Part shown: one piece after another, positions 1 through 9,645 of the stretch
Layout of the letters: the number at the start of each line of letters is the position of its first letter
Numbering within the stretch: the first letter of the stretch is position 1
Source: an uncultured Verrucomicrobiae bacterium
GTDB lineage: Bacteria > Verrucomicrobiota > Verrucomicrobiia > Limisphaerales > Palsa-1400
NCBI GenBank assembly: GCA_963764165.1
Contig: CAVXRD010000004.1
Location: 32,001 to 96,000 of the forward strand
Length of the DNA: 64,000 nt
Reading direction: 5' to 3'
Position numbers and translations under genes: made by a program
The notes under the pieces: generated by a model
What the model was told of the DNA's origin: nothing
Database searches by the model: none
What the model saw: the letters and a program-made list of their open reading frames with translations, nothing else

Positions 1-1
1 C

Positions 2-106
2 ACGAAATCAGCCGCCTCATTCGACGAACTGGTGAAACGACTTAGGATGGACAGGCAGATGAAAAATGACGACGTGACTCTTGTGAGAGTGGATATTCAT
101 GGATGA
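2..106 (+). CDS. C-terminus of a PP2C-like protein phosphatase (partial, 5' end outside the window)
   Basis: Frame from base 2 reads TKSAASFDELVKRLRMDRQMKNDDVTLVRVDIHG*. The NDDxT motif is typical of PP2C C-termini, and the stop abuts the kinase gene. Confidence 0.7.
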   Translation, partial: TKSAASFDELVKRLRMDRQMKNDDVTLVRVDIHG

Positions 107-114
107 GGTCACGT

Positions 115-2379
115 ATGCCTTGGCCAACCCCGCAAGACTACAACGAAGCAGTCCAAAATCCCAACTTGGCTTTTACCGATGCAGAATTGCGGTCAGGCCA
201 GCCAGAACTTAATCAGCTTGGACTCCCTCGCCCAATAAGTGGCGGCTTCGCTTGCGTTTATAGGATTCAGTGCCCTTCGCGAGTGTGGGCGGCGCGTTGT
301 TTTATGTCTGAAACGACGGACCAGCAGGAGCGATATGCAGCAATTGAATGTCATCTCTCGAAGTTGAATTTACCTTATACAGTACGGTTTGGTTATCAAA
401 CGCAGGGCATAAAGGTTAAAGGCCAGGGGTACCCCCTCTTAAAAATGGAATGGGTTAAAGGAGTATCGCTGAGTTCCTTCGTTGCCAGCAACCTAAGCAA
501 TCCAGCCGCTCTTCGATCACTCGCAGACAAATGGATGCAGATGCTCAAAGCGTTGCATGGGGTTGGAATATCCCACGGAGACTTGCAACACGGAAATGTC
601 CTTGTCGTTGGTGGAGAATTACGACTCATCGATTATGACGGCATGTTCGTGCCAGAACTCAATGGCCGATTTAGTAATGAGGTTGGTCACAGAAATTACC
701 AGCATCCCCATCGCACGAATATTGACTTTGGCCCTTATCTTGACAATTTCGCTGGCTGGGCCATCTACGCAACCTTGGTCGCACTAAGTGAGCAACCGGA
801 CCTTTGGCATCGCCACAATGGTGGCGATGAATGTCTTCTATTTCGTCGCGCAGATTTTGAGCAGCCGCACGTATCTGCGGTTTTTCGGGATTTGACCCGG
901 TCTAGTAATGCAAATGTAAGAGTGCTTGGCGAATTTCTGGCACGGCTCTCGGTATTGTCTATACTGGATGTGCCCGATTTAGATGTTAAGTATGAAACTT
1001 CGGCTGCTAGCACGATTGTCAACCAGGACACTGCCACTGCAGACGGATGGTGGACGGATTACATTCAGGATTCTGGCAGTCCAATGGAAGGCGCAGTTCT
1101 TGTGCGCCAAGAGACGCCGGACGTTCAGTGGATCATCGACGGGGTTGCTTCGAGTCAGCCCTTGGCACCAGCGAACTTTCTAGGATCATTCCGGGGCATA
1201 CGAATACTGCTGGGAACTTCAGTTATTGCGGTTCTAGTGACTGGATTCGGAGTAGAACTGCCTGCCGTCTCATTTATTGAGCTTAGCACGGGTGTCCTTG
1301 GCTTGTTAGCGTTGTATGCATTCATTCAATTCCGACGCGACCCAATATTAACAGAATGTAAGGCGTTTCAAAATTCATTGAGCGATTTAAGCACAGACGT
1401 CGGTAAAAAGCGTTCCGAGCGGAAGAGGTTGGAAGAAGCACGGAATGAAGTGTTAGACCGGATGAATGCCGCGCAAGCTGAGTGGACAGGATTGCGACGG
1501 GAACTAGACGTTGATTTGCAGAAAGAGGTAGAGGATTTACAAACGCGGGCTGGTTTTACGAGGCGCTCGTTCGATGAACGTAGGAGGGCGATTGCAGACC
1601 GCGAGGGTTCAGAGTTGCGAGTTGTTCAGGCTGCCGTATCTGACAGAATTGCAGCGTTGGACCGGCAAATTTCGGGCCTCTCTAGCAAGATAACTGACGA
1701 AAAGGAGCGTACTTTGCGTTCGCTGCGCGAGGGCCATGTCAAAATGGCTTTGTTGCGTTATCCGATTAAAAATAGCTCAATCCAAGGCATCGGACAAGCG
1801 TATGTGGAGAGACTTGCCGATTATGGTTTTTTTACGGCAGCCGATCTAAACCGCAGCGGACTCGCGGGCGTGCCCGGAATAGGCCCAAAGCGTTTGTCGG
1901 CGTTGACAAAATGGCGAGACTCTCTAAAGCAGCACGCAGAGGCAACGGCACCAGCAGCCCTGCCTTACGCGGATGCTACTCGAATCGAAGCATCGTTCGG
2001 CTCCGAACGAAGGAGCCTGGTTTCCGAACGCAAAGGTTTGGAGGAACAGTCGCAGGCAGGAGCCGCTGCCGTGCGTTCCAAATACGCCGGGGAGCGGAGT
2101 TCTATCGAAAAAGACGAGCGTAATCATCGCGAGTCGATAATTCAGCATGAAGCAGTGTTACGAGACCGCCACCGAAGTAGGGCAGCGCAGCTTGATAAGG
2201 GAATTCGAGACCGGCGGGTTGCTGACCAAGCAAGCGTCTCGGTCTTGACAGAGAAGCTGCGTGAGTTTGATAAGAGCTTCGCTGCCTTGCAATGGCGATG
2301 GGCAAAGAAAGAGCGGGAAGGGCGTAGATACGCGGGATTGACTTTCTGGAACTTTTTACGAAAAGCTGTATGGCAGTAA
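115..2379 (+). CDS. YegI-like membrane Ser/Thr kinase with coiled coil and helix-hairpin-helix motifs (TerY-P triad kinase)
   Basis: Kinase motifs GGFACVY, HGDLQHGNVL and LIDYDG; two TM segments near aa 365-410; HhH motifs IQGIGQAY and VPGIGPKR. GAGGT RBS precedes ATG115 (ORF track starts at 103). Confidence 0.85.
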   Translation: MPWPTPQDYNEAVQNPNLAFTDAELRSGQPELNQLGLPRPISGGFACVYRIQCPSRVWAARCFMSETTDQQERYAAIECHLSKLNLPYTVRFGYQTQGIKVKGQGYPLLKMEWVKGVSLSSFVASNLSNPAALRSLADKWMQMLKALHGVGISHGDLQHGNVLVVGGELRLIDYDGMFVPELNGRFSNEVGHRNYQHPHRTNIDFGPYLDNFAGWAIYATLVALSEQPDLWHRHNGGDECLLFRRADFEQPHVSAVFRDLTRSSNANVRVLGEFLARLSVLSILDVPDLDVKYETSAASTIVNQDTATADGWWTDYIQDSGSPMEGAVLVRQETPDVQWIIDGVASSQPLAPANFLGSFRGIRILLGTSVIAVLVTGFGVELPAVSFIELSTGVLGLLALYAFIQFRRDPILTECKAFQNSLSDLSTDVGKKRSERKRLEEARNEVLDRMNAAQAEWTGLRRELDVDLQKEVEDLQTRAGFTRRSFDERRRAIADREGSELRVVQAAVSDRIAALDRQISGLSSKITDEKERTLRSLREGHVKMALLRYPIKNSSIQGIGQAYVERLADYGFFTAADLNRSGLAGVPGIGPKRLSALTKWRDSLKQHAEATAPAALPYADATRIEASFGSERRSLVSERKGLEEQSQAGAAAVRSKYAGERSSIEKDERNHRESIIQHEAVLRDRHRSRAAQLDKGIRDRRVADQASVSVLTEKLREFDKSFAALQWRWAKKEREGRRYAGLTFWNFLRKAVWQ

Positions 2380-2386
2380 ATTTTGT

Positions 2387-2719
2387 ATGGGTTGGAGATT
2401 TCGCAAAACTTTAGTCAGAGGCCCGTTTAGAGCTACGCTTTCCAAGCGCGGTATCGGTTGGAGTTGGGGAGTTCCTGGATTGCGATATGGTGTCTCGCCG
2501 ACGGGACGAAGGTATATTTCTGCTGGAATTCCTGGCACTGGCCTATGTTGGATTAAGTATTTTGATTCGCCAGCGAGCGGAATGCCCGCGCCTACAGCCG
2601 GATCACCTGCAACCCTCCCGCCTAAACCATCATTACCTTCAAATAGTTTAACACCATCCACCGCTGCCTCGAGCCCACCACCCGAACCTTGGTGGAAGCA
2701 AAAGGGACTGCGAGACTGA
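2387..2719 (+). CDS. DUF4236 domain protein
   Basis: N-terminus MGWRFRKT...LSKRGIGWSWGVPGLR...GIPGTGL, followed by a Pro-rich tail. Confidence 0.8.
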   Translation: MGWRFRKTLVRGPFRATLSKRGIGWSWGVPGLRYGVSPTGRRYISAGIPGTGLCWIKYFDSPASGMPAPTAGSPATLPPKPSLPSNSLTPSTAASSPPPEPWWKQKGLRD

Positions 2720-2949
2720 TGTGATAAACTTGCGCAAGCCCTCCTTGGTGGTGGCGGCATTGACACCGGTGTTGCGAGGGCTATTGGGGCGCAATTCTGG
2801 TGTCAATGGCGACACGACCAGGCACTTGTCGGGGCGGAGCGTTCGCGTGTTGGCATTTGGCTTGGCCTTCCTGATTTGAGCAAGCCGGATGCCGACACGG
2901 GAATGCGCAGCGGGGTTCCGAGAGTCCCCTTCTTAGACCAGAGGATGTA

Positions 2950-2976
2950 TTCTGTGCTAGTTTCTGTGCTAGTTTC
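2950..2976. repeat. 12-bp tandem repeat TTCTGTGCTAGT x2, candidate integrase arm-type site
   Basis: Exact tandem copy about 130 bp inside the att fragment. Confidence 0.5.
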
Positions 2977-3104
2977 ATGTTCGGGAATGCGTCATTTGAA
3001 ACACGAGTGGATACGGCCAAAAACTGATAAAACAATCACAGCATCAATGATTTATGCGGGTGACAAGCGACGTGGAAAAACGGTGTGAAATGAGTCAAAT
3101 TGGA

Positions 3105-3143
<39 letters not shown>

Positions 3144-3557
3144 AACTCAAAAATTGTGCGCCAGAAGCGTTTTCTCCGCAAGCATTATGCGTCTGTCCAC
3201 CCGCGGTCAATCTCCAATCCGGCAAGCACGATAGAATTGAGCCGGCGGATTCGAAGCCCGGTGAAGCATTGTTCGCTGCGACAGGTTGGTGGCAAATATG
3301 CTTGCTGCTGTTCACCCATCATTTGTGACGCAGGAATTCGCGCACGCAACCACGATGGAGCCCGGATACGCGCCAAGCGGTTGATTGGGGCGGGCGTCAG
3401 CGCCAGGGTGATGACATTGCTTCACGTTGGCCGGGCCAACCTTGCCGGACGATGGCGTAAGCGGTAGTCTTGCGTGATGCGATTGCTTCGGTATTCCAAC
3501 TCCGTTCATCCTGGCATGAGAAATCGTGTTGTGCCGCGAACTGCCCGTCTGCTTTCC

Positions 3558-5216
3558 ATGCAAAAATGGCTCCTCCTCGCGCTGGCATTTCCATGGGCGG
3601 TTCACTCCCAGGAAAATCAACTCGTCCGGAACGTGACGGCTTATGGCGCCAAGGGCGATGGCCGAACGCTTTGCACCGCTGCGATCAACCGCGCCGTCAG
3701 CGAATGCTCGGCGGCGGGCGGCGGAACGGTGGCCGTTCCGGCGGGCCATTTCCGATGCGGCTCCATCGAGTTGCTCGACAATGTTTCCCTGCGCCTGGAA
3801 GCGGGCGCGGTTCTGGAGGCCAGCACGAATTTAAGCGATTACGGCGCGCAACGGACTTCCGCCATTGGCGAGTCGCCGGGGGAAGGGCTGATCACCGCGC
3901 GCCACGCCAGCAATATCGCCATTGCCGGGCGGGGTGTAATCGAGGGGAACGGAATGTTTTTCGTCGACCCGGTCAAATTGAAACTGACGGAAGGAACGGA
4001 TTACGACAAGAAATACATCCGCCAGGGCGAGGACTACCTGAATCCAAAATATGGGACCAGCGATGGCCCGCTTGATCCCATCGAGCCGCGGCCCGGAAAC
4101 CTGGTTCGCTTTTTTGACTGCACCAATGTTCTCCTTTCCGGCGTGACGATTCAGAACTCTCCTCTTTGGACGGTGATGGCGGCCCGTTGCGAAAGAGTCA
4201 ACATTACAGGAGTCCTTATAAACAGTTTCGGCAGCGGGCGGCGCGTCCCGAACGATGACGGGATCGACCTGGTGGAATCGCGACTCATCCATATTAGCGA
4301 TTGCGACATCCAGAACGGCGACGACTGCATCGCGGTGCTTGGAAGCGAAAAGGTCACGGTGGCAAATTGCACCCTGTCTTCCCGCTCGACGGCGGTGCGG
4401 GTGGGTTTTGCGGGCAAAGACATCCGCGATTGCGTTTTTGCCAACCTGGTCATTCACGACAGCAATCGCGGCCTGGGTGTGTACGTGCGCGGGCGCGGAT
4501 CGGTGGAAAATGTGCTGTTTTCGGACATCGTCATCCGCACCCGGCTGATGACCGGGCATTGGTGGGGCAAGGCCGAGCCGATTCATATCTCCGCCATGTT
4601 GCGCGAGACAAACACGGAGCAGCTTGGCCAAATCAAAAACATCCGCTTCCGCGACATTATCGCGGAAAGCGAAGATGGAATTCTCATCCACGGCGCGCCG
4701 CAGAGCATTCTGCGCGATATCTCTTTCGACCACGTCAAAATCCGCGTACGGAACGGACCGCTGCACAAATCCTATGGCGGCAACTTTGATCTCCGTTCCA
4801 GCCGAGACCTGAAAACCGCCCTCTTTGCGCATGACATTCCGGCGTTCTATGGCCGTTACGTGGATGGAGTGGACATTCATGGATTGTCCGTTGAATGGGA
4901 CGATGGCTTGCCATCATTTTTCAGCAGCGCGGTTGAATTGGAGGACTTCAAAAACGTCGAGATCGACGGCCTGCGCGGCGGTCCCGCGCCGAACTCAGCC
5001 GAAAGGTCTGCCATCGCTTTGGCCCGAGGGTCTGTCGTTTCCCTCCGAAATTGCGTCGCCGCCGCCGGAACTGGCGCCTTTCTCTCCGCTGGTCCGGCGG
5101 TGGAAGGCGGGCTTTTTGTCAATAATGATTTGCGCCTCGCCCAAAAGGCCTTCGCCCCGAACCATCTTTCATTGCAGAGCGAAGGGAACCTGCTACCGGC
5201 CCCGGCCCATCCTTGA
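3558..5216 (+). CDS. Glycoside hydrolase family 28 (polygalacturonase-like beta-helix), secreted
   Basis: NVTAYGAKGDG, PNDDGID and GDDCIA motifs plus a signal peptide. Start could be 3474, 3516 or 3558. Confidence 0.85.
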   Translation: MQKWLLLALAFPWAVHSQENQLVRNVTAYGAKGDGRTLCTAAINRAVSECSAAGGGTVAVPAGHFRCGSIELLDNVSLRLEAGAVLEASTNLSDYGAQRTSAIGESPGEGLITARHASNIAIAGRGVIEGNGMFFVDPVKLKLTEGTDYDKKYIRQGEDYLNPKYGTSDGPLDPIEPRPGNLVRFFDCTNVLLSGVTIQNSPLWTVMAARCERVNITGVLINSFGSGRRVPNDDGIDLVESRLIHISDCDIQNGDDCIAVLGSEKVTVANCTLSSRSTAVRVGFAGKDIRDCVFANLVIHDSNRGLGVYVRGRGSVENVLFSDIVIRTRLMTGHWWGKAEPIHISAMLRETNTEQLGQIKNIRFRDIIAESEDGILIHGAPQSILRDISFDHVKIRVRNGPLHKSYGGNFDLRSSRDLKTALFAHDIPAFYGRYVDGVDIHGLSVEWDDGLPSFFSSAVELEDFKNVEIDGLRGGPAPNSAERSAIALARGSVVSLRNCVAAAGTGAFLSAGPAVEGGLFVNNDLRLAQKAFAPNHLSLQSEGNLLPAPAHP

Positions 5217-5493
5217 GTCGCCATGCCGGCAATGTCACGCATGACCCTGCCTTGTTCCGCCGCAATCAAAGATGTGAGTTTTTGGACATCTGCCTGGCGG
5301 GCCGCCAGCAAGGCGGTCAGGGTTTGCCGACCTTGGGTGGTGGCTTGACAGCGGAGGCGCCGGAGGCTTCTGTGTCAATCTGCGGCTCTCTTGCCTGGCG
5401 GAAGGCTCCAGAATTCCCGCATGTTTATGCGGTAGTTGCGACGCGCCAGCTTCGATAGGATTGTCAGCATTGACACACGCGACTCAAATTAGA

Positions 5494-6921
5494 ATGAACT
5501 GCTTTGGCCTGCTCCTCTCCAGTTTGCTGGCCGGAGCGATTCTTGCCCCGCCATCGCATGCGAGAGCCGAGGATCTTTCGAAAGTCCCGGCCCGGACAGT
5601 GCCGGCGTGGCTGCGTGATGGCGTGCTCTACGAACTTTTTCCGCGCGATTTCTCGTCCACCGCCGACCTCAACGGCGTTACCGCGCGGCTGGATGAATTG
5701 AAGGATCTGGGAGTCACGATCATTTGGACCATGCCGATCCATCCCATCGGCGAGAAGTTCCGCAAAGGTGAATTCGGCAGCCCCTATTCCATCAAGGATT
5801 ACTACGCGGTCGATCCCCATTACGGCACGGTGGAAGATTACAAACGCCTGGTGGCGGAGGCGCACAAGCGGGGCCTGAAAGTCATCATGGATTTAGTGGC
5901 CAATCACACGGCCTGGGACAGCGTTATGATGGGGCACCCGGAGTATTATAAGCATGATGCGCAAGGCCGCGTCATCCCGCCCGTGCCCGAGTGGACGGAT
6001 GTCGCGGGCCTCGACTACAAAAACCCGCAGCTTCGCGAATACATGATCGGCATGATGAAGCATTGGGTGCAAACCTGCGATATAGACGGCTTCCGCTGCG
6101 ACGTGGCTTCGATGGTCCCGACGGATTTCTGGGAATCCGCCCGGGCGCAATTGGAGAGCGTCAAGCCGGACATCATAATGCTGGCGGAAGCAAGCAAGCC
6201 TGATTTGATGACAAATGCGTTCGATATCGATTACGCGTGGCCGATGATGGCGACGTTGAATGACGTGATGATTCGCGGCGCGGCGGCTTCCCGCATTCAC
6301 GAATCGTGGGAGGAAAGCGCCCGGCAATTTCCGCATGACACACTGCACATGCGCGTAACCGATGATCATGATGAATCGCGGGCCATTTCGCGATTTGGCG
6401 CCCAGGGCGCCCTGGCCGCGTCAGTTTTGATGTTCACGCTCGATGGCGTTCCGCTTCTTTACAACGGCATGGAAGTCGGCGACGCCACGGAATCCGGCGA
6501 CCCCGCTTTATTTGACAAGCTTCCGATTTTCTGGTCGCCCAAGGATCGCCCGCCGTTGCGGAAGATTTACACCTCGCTCATTCGCCTGCGCAAGGAGAAC
6601 GCCCCGTTCCGAAACAGCCAGGTCGCGTGGCTGCGCAATTCCGACGAAAACGATGTCGTGACCTTCAAGCGCGCCGACGAGAATTCCGAATTTGTTGTTG
6701 TCATTAATCTTTCCAATCGCCCGTCCCAAGGCCGCATAGACGGAATCACTGGCGGGAATTTCAACCCTGTCGGCGTCGCGGGAATGCCGAAGGCGGGGCA
6801 CGACGATTTTCCGAACTTCCATTTGGGGAGTTTCGAATGGCGCATCTACAAGAGCAGCATCTCTCCCACCGAACGCACCGCCGCCGCCGGAAGAGCCAGC
6901 GCGATTGAGGCTGTCCACTGA
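5494..6921 (+). CDS. Alpha-amylase family glycoside hydrolase (GH13), secreted
   Basis: GSPYSIKDY, DLVANH, DGFRCDVA, LAE and DHD motifs. Confidence 0.9.
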   Translation: MNCFGLLLSSLLAGAILAPPSHARAEDLSKVPARTVPAWLRDGVLYELFPRDFSSTADLNGVTARLDELKDLGVTIIWTMPIHPIGEKFRKGEFGSPYSIKDYYAVDPHYGTVEDYKRLVAEAHKRGLKVIMDLVANHTAWDSVMMGHPEYYKHDAQGRVIPPVPEWTDVAGLDYKNPQLREYMIGMMKHWVQTCDIDGFRCDVASMVPTDFWESARAQLESVKPDIIMLAEASKPDLMTNAFDIDYAWPMMATLNDVMIRGAAASRIHESWEESARQFPHDTLHMRVTDDHDESRAISRFGAQGALAASVLMFTLDGVPLLYNGMEVGDATESGDPALFDKLPIFWSPKDRPPLRKIYTSLIRLRKENAPFRNSQVAWLRNSDENDVVTFKRADENSEFVVVINLSNRPSQGRIDGITGGNFNPVGVAGMPKAGHDDFPNFHLGSFEWRIYKSSISPTERTAAAGRASAIEAVH

Positions 6922-6931
6922 ACCGCTTCGT

Positions 6932-8317
6932 ATGACGACGACAGAAGGCGATGCCACTGCCGATGTAAGTTCACCGAAAGCGCGTCCTGCATTGAGTTTC
7001 TGGCAGATTTGGAACATGAGTTTCGGTTTCCTGGGAATTCAGTTTGGATGGGGTTTGCAGATGTCCAACATGAGCCCCATTTACAAATACCTCGGGGCGC
7101 GCGACGACCAAATTCCCCTGCTCTGGCTGGCCGCGCCCCTCACCGGACTGCTGGTCCAGCCGATCATCGGAGCGATGAGCGACCGCACTTGGGGGCCGCT
7201 CGGGCGGCGCCGTCCTTACTTCCTCACCGGAGCAATTTTGAGTTCGCTGGCGCTGCTGGCCATGCCGAATTGTGGAGCGCTGTGGATGGCAGCGGGACTG
7301 CTTTGGATTTTGGACGCGAGCATCAATGTCAGCATGGAACCGTTCCGTGCGTTCGTGGCGGACAAATTGCCGGCCTCGCAGCGCGGCGCAGGCTTCGCCA
7401 TGCAAAGCTTCTTCATCGGAATCGGCGCCGTGGTGGCGGACATGCTGCCTTATATCATGAAGAACGTCTTCAACGTTGGAAGCGAAACCGGCGCGGGCAA
7501 CGCGATTCCGCTCAACGTGCGAATTTCCTTTTACGTCGGCGCGGCGGCGTTTTTTGGCGCGGTCTTGTGGACAATTCTATCTAGCAATGAGTATCCGCCG
7601 GATGATCTGGCCGCATTTCGAAAGAAGAAATCGGAAAACGCCGGGCTCGGACACTTTCTATCTGGAATTGCCACTGCCTTGCGCGAGATGCCGGGAACGA
7701 TGAAACGCCTGGCCGCGGTTCAATTCTTCACCTGGATGGGCTTGTTCTGCATGTGGCTACACTTCTCGAACGCGGTGCCGGTGATTTTCGGATCCAGCGA
7801 CAAGGACTCGGAATTATTCAAGCGCGGCGCGGAATGGGCCGGGGTTTGTTACGCGGTGAAAGACGCGGTGACATTCATAGCGGCGTTCGCGCTGATGGCT
7901 GCTTCGCGCAGCATGAAGCGCAAGCACGTTCACAGTATTTGTTTGACACTCGGAGCGATCGGATTACTCTCGGTCGGTTTCATTCATGGCGAAGGCCAGC
8001 GCGTGTGGCTGTTGGTGGCGTTGGCACTGGGCGGTGTGGCGTGGGCCTCCATTCTCTCGATGCCGTATGCCCTGCTTTCGGACGCGCTCCCGGCCGAGCG
8101 CATGGGCGTTTACATGGGCGTGTTCAATTTCTTCATCGTGCTGCCTGAAATCATTGCGGCGGTGACGTTCGGCCCGCTGGTGAAAAACTGGCTGGGCGGC
8201 AACCTCATTTACGCGGTGATGGCAGGCGGCGTTTTCATGCTTGTGGCGGCGGCGCTGGCGCAGTGCGTGAAGGAGAAACCCGTCGCCTCAGCCTTAGGCT
8301 CGTTAAATGAATTGTGA
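6932..8317 (+). CDS. MFS maltose/sucrose-type sugar transporter
   Basis: [33 protein letters not shown] and [12 protein letters not shown]; multiple TM segments; operonic with the GH13 gene. Confidence 0.9.
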   Translation: MTTTEGDATADVSSPKARPALSFWQIWNMSFGFLGIQFGWGLQMSNMSPIYKYLGARDDQIPLLWLAAPLTGLLVQPIIGAMSDRTWGPLGRRRPYFLTGAILSSLALLAMPNCGALWMAAGLLWILDASINVSMEPFRAFVADKLPASQRGAGFAMQSFFIGIGAVVADMLPYIMKNVFNVGSETGAGNAIPLNVRISFYVGAAAFFGAVLWTILSSNEYPPDDLAAFRKKKSENAGLGHFLSGIATALREMPGTMKRLAAVQFFTWMGLFCMWLHFSNAVPVIFGSSDKDSELFKRGAEWAGVCYAVKDAVTFIAAFALMAASRSMKRKHVHSICLTLGAIGLLSVGFIHGEGQRVWLLVALALGGVAWASILSMPYALLSDALPAERMGVYMGVFNFFIVLPEIIAAVTFGPLVKNWLGGNLIYAVMAGGVFMLVAAALAQCVKEKPVASALGSLNEL

Positions 8318-8326
8318 AGTTGCGGA

Positions 8327-9019
8327 TTAGGAGGTTTTACCACCAGAATCGCCCGGGGCACTGCTAGCGCTGCTTAATTTCCGTCCAAGAATGAACCACA
8401 TCGCCGCACCAAACACAACGCCTCCCAAGCCGCACACAGGAATGCCCATCAGCACTGGCAGCCATGGAACCGTCCGATGCCGCAGCATCATGAACAACCA
8501 AGGCGCCAGGCACAGGCACAGCCACATGGCAGCGCCGAACGCGGCCCCCATGATGAACCACATCTTTCCAGGGACCGGCTGAACCTTTGGCAGCTCCCCG
8601 TTTTCAAGATCATAGATGCGCTTCAGCGGACGTTTGCGGAAGCAAAAGCAATAAGGCAGCGCCCAAATCGGCGAGGTGGCCGCGAGAATGATTAGGGAGA
8701 AGATATTCCAAAGGCACGGAATGGAGGCGCCGCAAATCGGGCACGCAATGCCTCGCCAGTTTCCAAAGCCTCGCTTGCGTGACCAAAGACGCCCCATGTG
8801 CATCGTCTTGCACGCCGGGCAAGGAACATATGCGCAATCGATCAACCCACCCTGGCACGTCCTGCAAATAAGCTGCAGTTTTGGAATCCGCGTCCCAAGA
8901 ATGACTTCATTGACGACGACGGCGGGGTTAAGCACCCAAAAAAGGATAGTAGGATGCGGCAGCTCCCATCGCTTGAAGTCTGCGCCACCGCACTTTGGGC
9001 AAATGTAATCTGCATTCAT
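8327..9019 (-). CDS. Hypothetical membrane protein with multiple CxxC zinc-ribbon motifs
   Basis: Starts MNADYICPKC; four CxxC pairs and TM segments. Confidence 0.7.
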   Translation of the reverse strand: MNADYICPKCGGADFKRWELPHPTILFWVLNPAVVVNEVILGTRIPKLQLICRTCQGGLIDCAYVPCPACKTMHMGRLWSRKRGFGNWRGIACPICGASIPCLWNIFSLIILAATSPIWALPYCFCFRKRPLKRIYDLENGELPKVQPVPGKMWFIMGAAFGAAMWLCLCLAPWLFMMLRHRTVPWLPVLMGIPVCGLGGVVFGAAMWFILGRKLSSASSAPGDSGGKTS

Positions 9020-9026
9020 GCGCCGA

Positions 9027-9116
9027 TCACCTTCCGTGGCTGATCGCAAGAAGCTTCCCGTCGTCTTTTTGGGTTTCGGCCACGGCCACCCCACCGTCCA
9101 TGCCTGAGCCTCTCGC
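9027..9116 (-). pseudogene. C-terminal fragment of an NTF2-fold immunity-like protein
   Basis: Reads GMDGGVAVAETQKDDGKLLAISHGR*, matching the C-terminus of 11277..11573. Confidence 0.7.
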
Positions 9117-9485
9117 TCATTCAACAACCTTCTCCGCCGCTGAAACAATATCGCCTTCCTTTAACAACGGCGGCTTTTTCACACCGTAAGAAAATTTGTC
9201 TGCTTGGAATGTGATTCGAATAGTGTGGCCGTCCGCGATACGGTTAATCCGAACCATATGGCTGTTAGATCCCTTGATGCCTCCGGCGGCCTGAATGGCA
9301 TCCATAACTGTCATGCCTGGAAACCAATCGTGCCTGCCTGGTTTCTCCACGTCACCATAAACATAGATGGACGGCTTCATGGGACGCTCAGCGGAATTCG
9401 TAGCCGTTGAATTGTTGTGAATTACAGGAGCAGCAAACGCACCTGTCAGCCAAAAGAATAGCAACGAGATGCCAATGCCACGCAT
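9117..9485 (-). CDS. Secreted SLBB-domain protein
   Basis: Signal peptide; IYVYGDVEKPG...MTVMDAIQAAGG...LKEGDIV. Confidence 0.75.
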   Translation of the reverse strand: MRGIGISLLFFWLTGAFAAPVIHNNSTATNSAERPMKPSIYVYGDVEKPGRHDWFPGMTVMDAIQAAGGIKGSNSHMVRINRIADGHTIRITFQADKFSYGVKKPPLLKEGDIVSAAEKVVE

Positions 9486-9645
9486 AGCGATGATGGCATA
9501 ACTTTTATTACGCAACGGCGGGTTCCTATATTGAAGCCAACCTCCGGCCGAGATTGAAAAATGTGCATTTCCCATAACGCGTCAAAACCATGGTAAAACG
9601 GGCAGAACCGGAAAGCGAGCAATTAAGTTCACTGGAACTGCGGTT

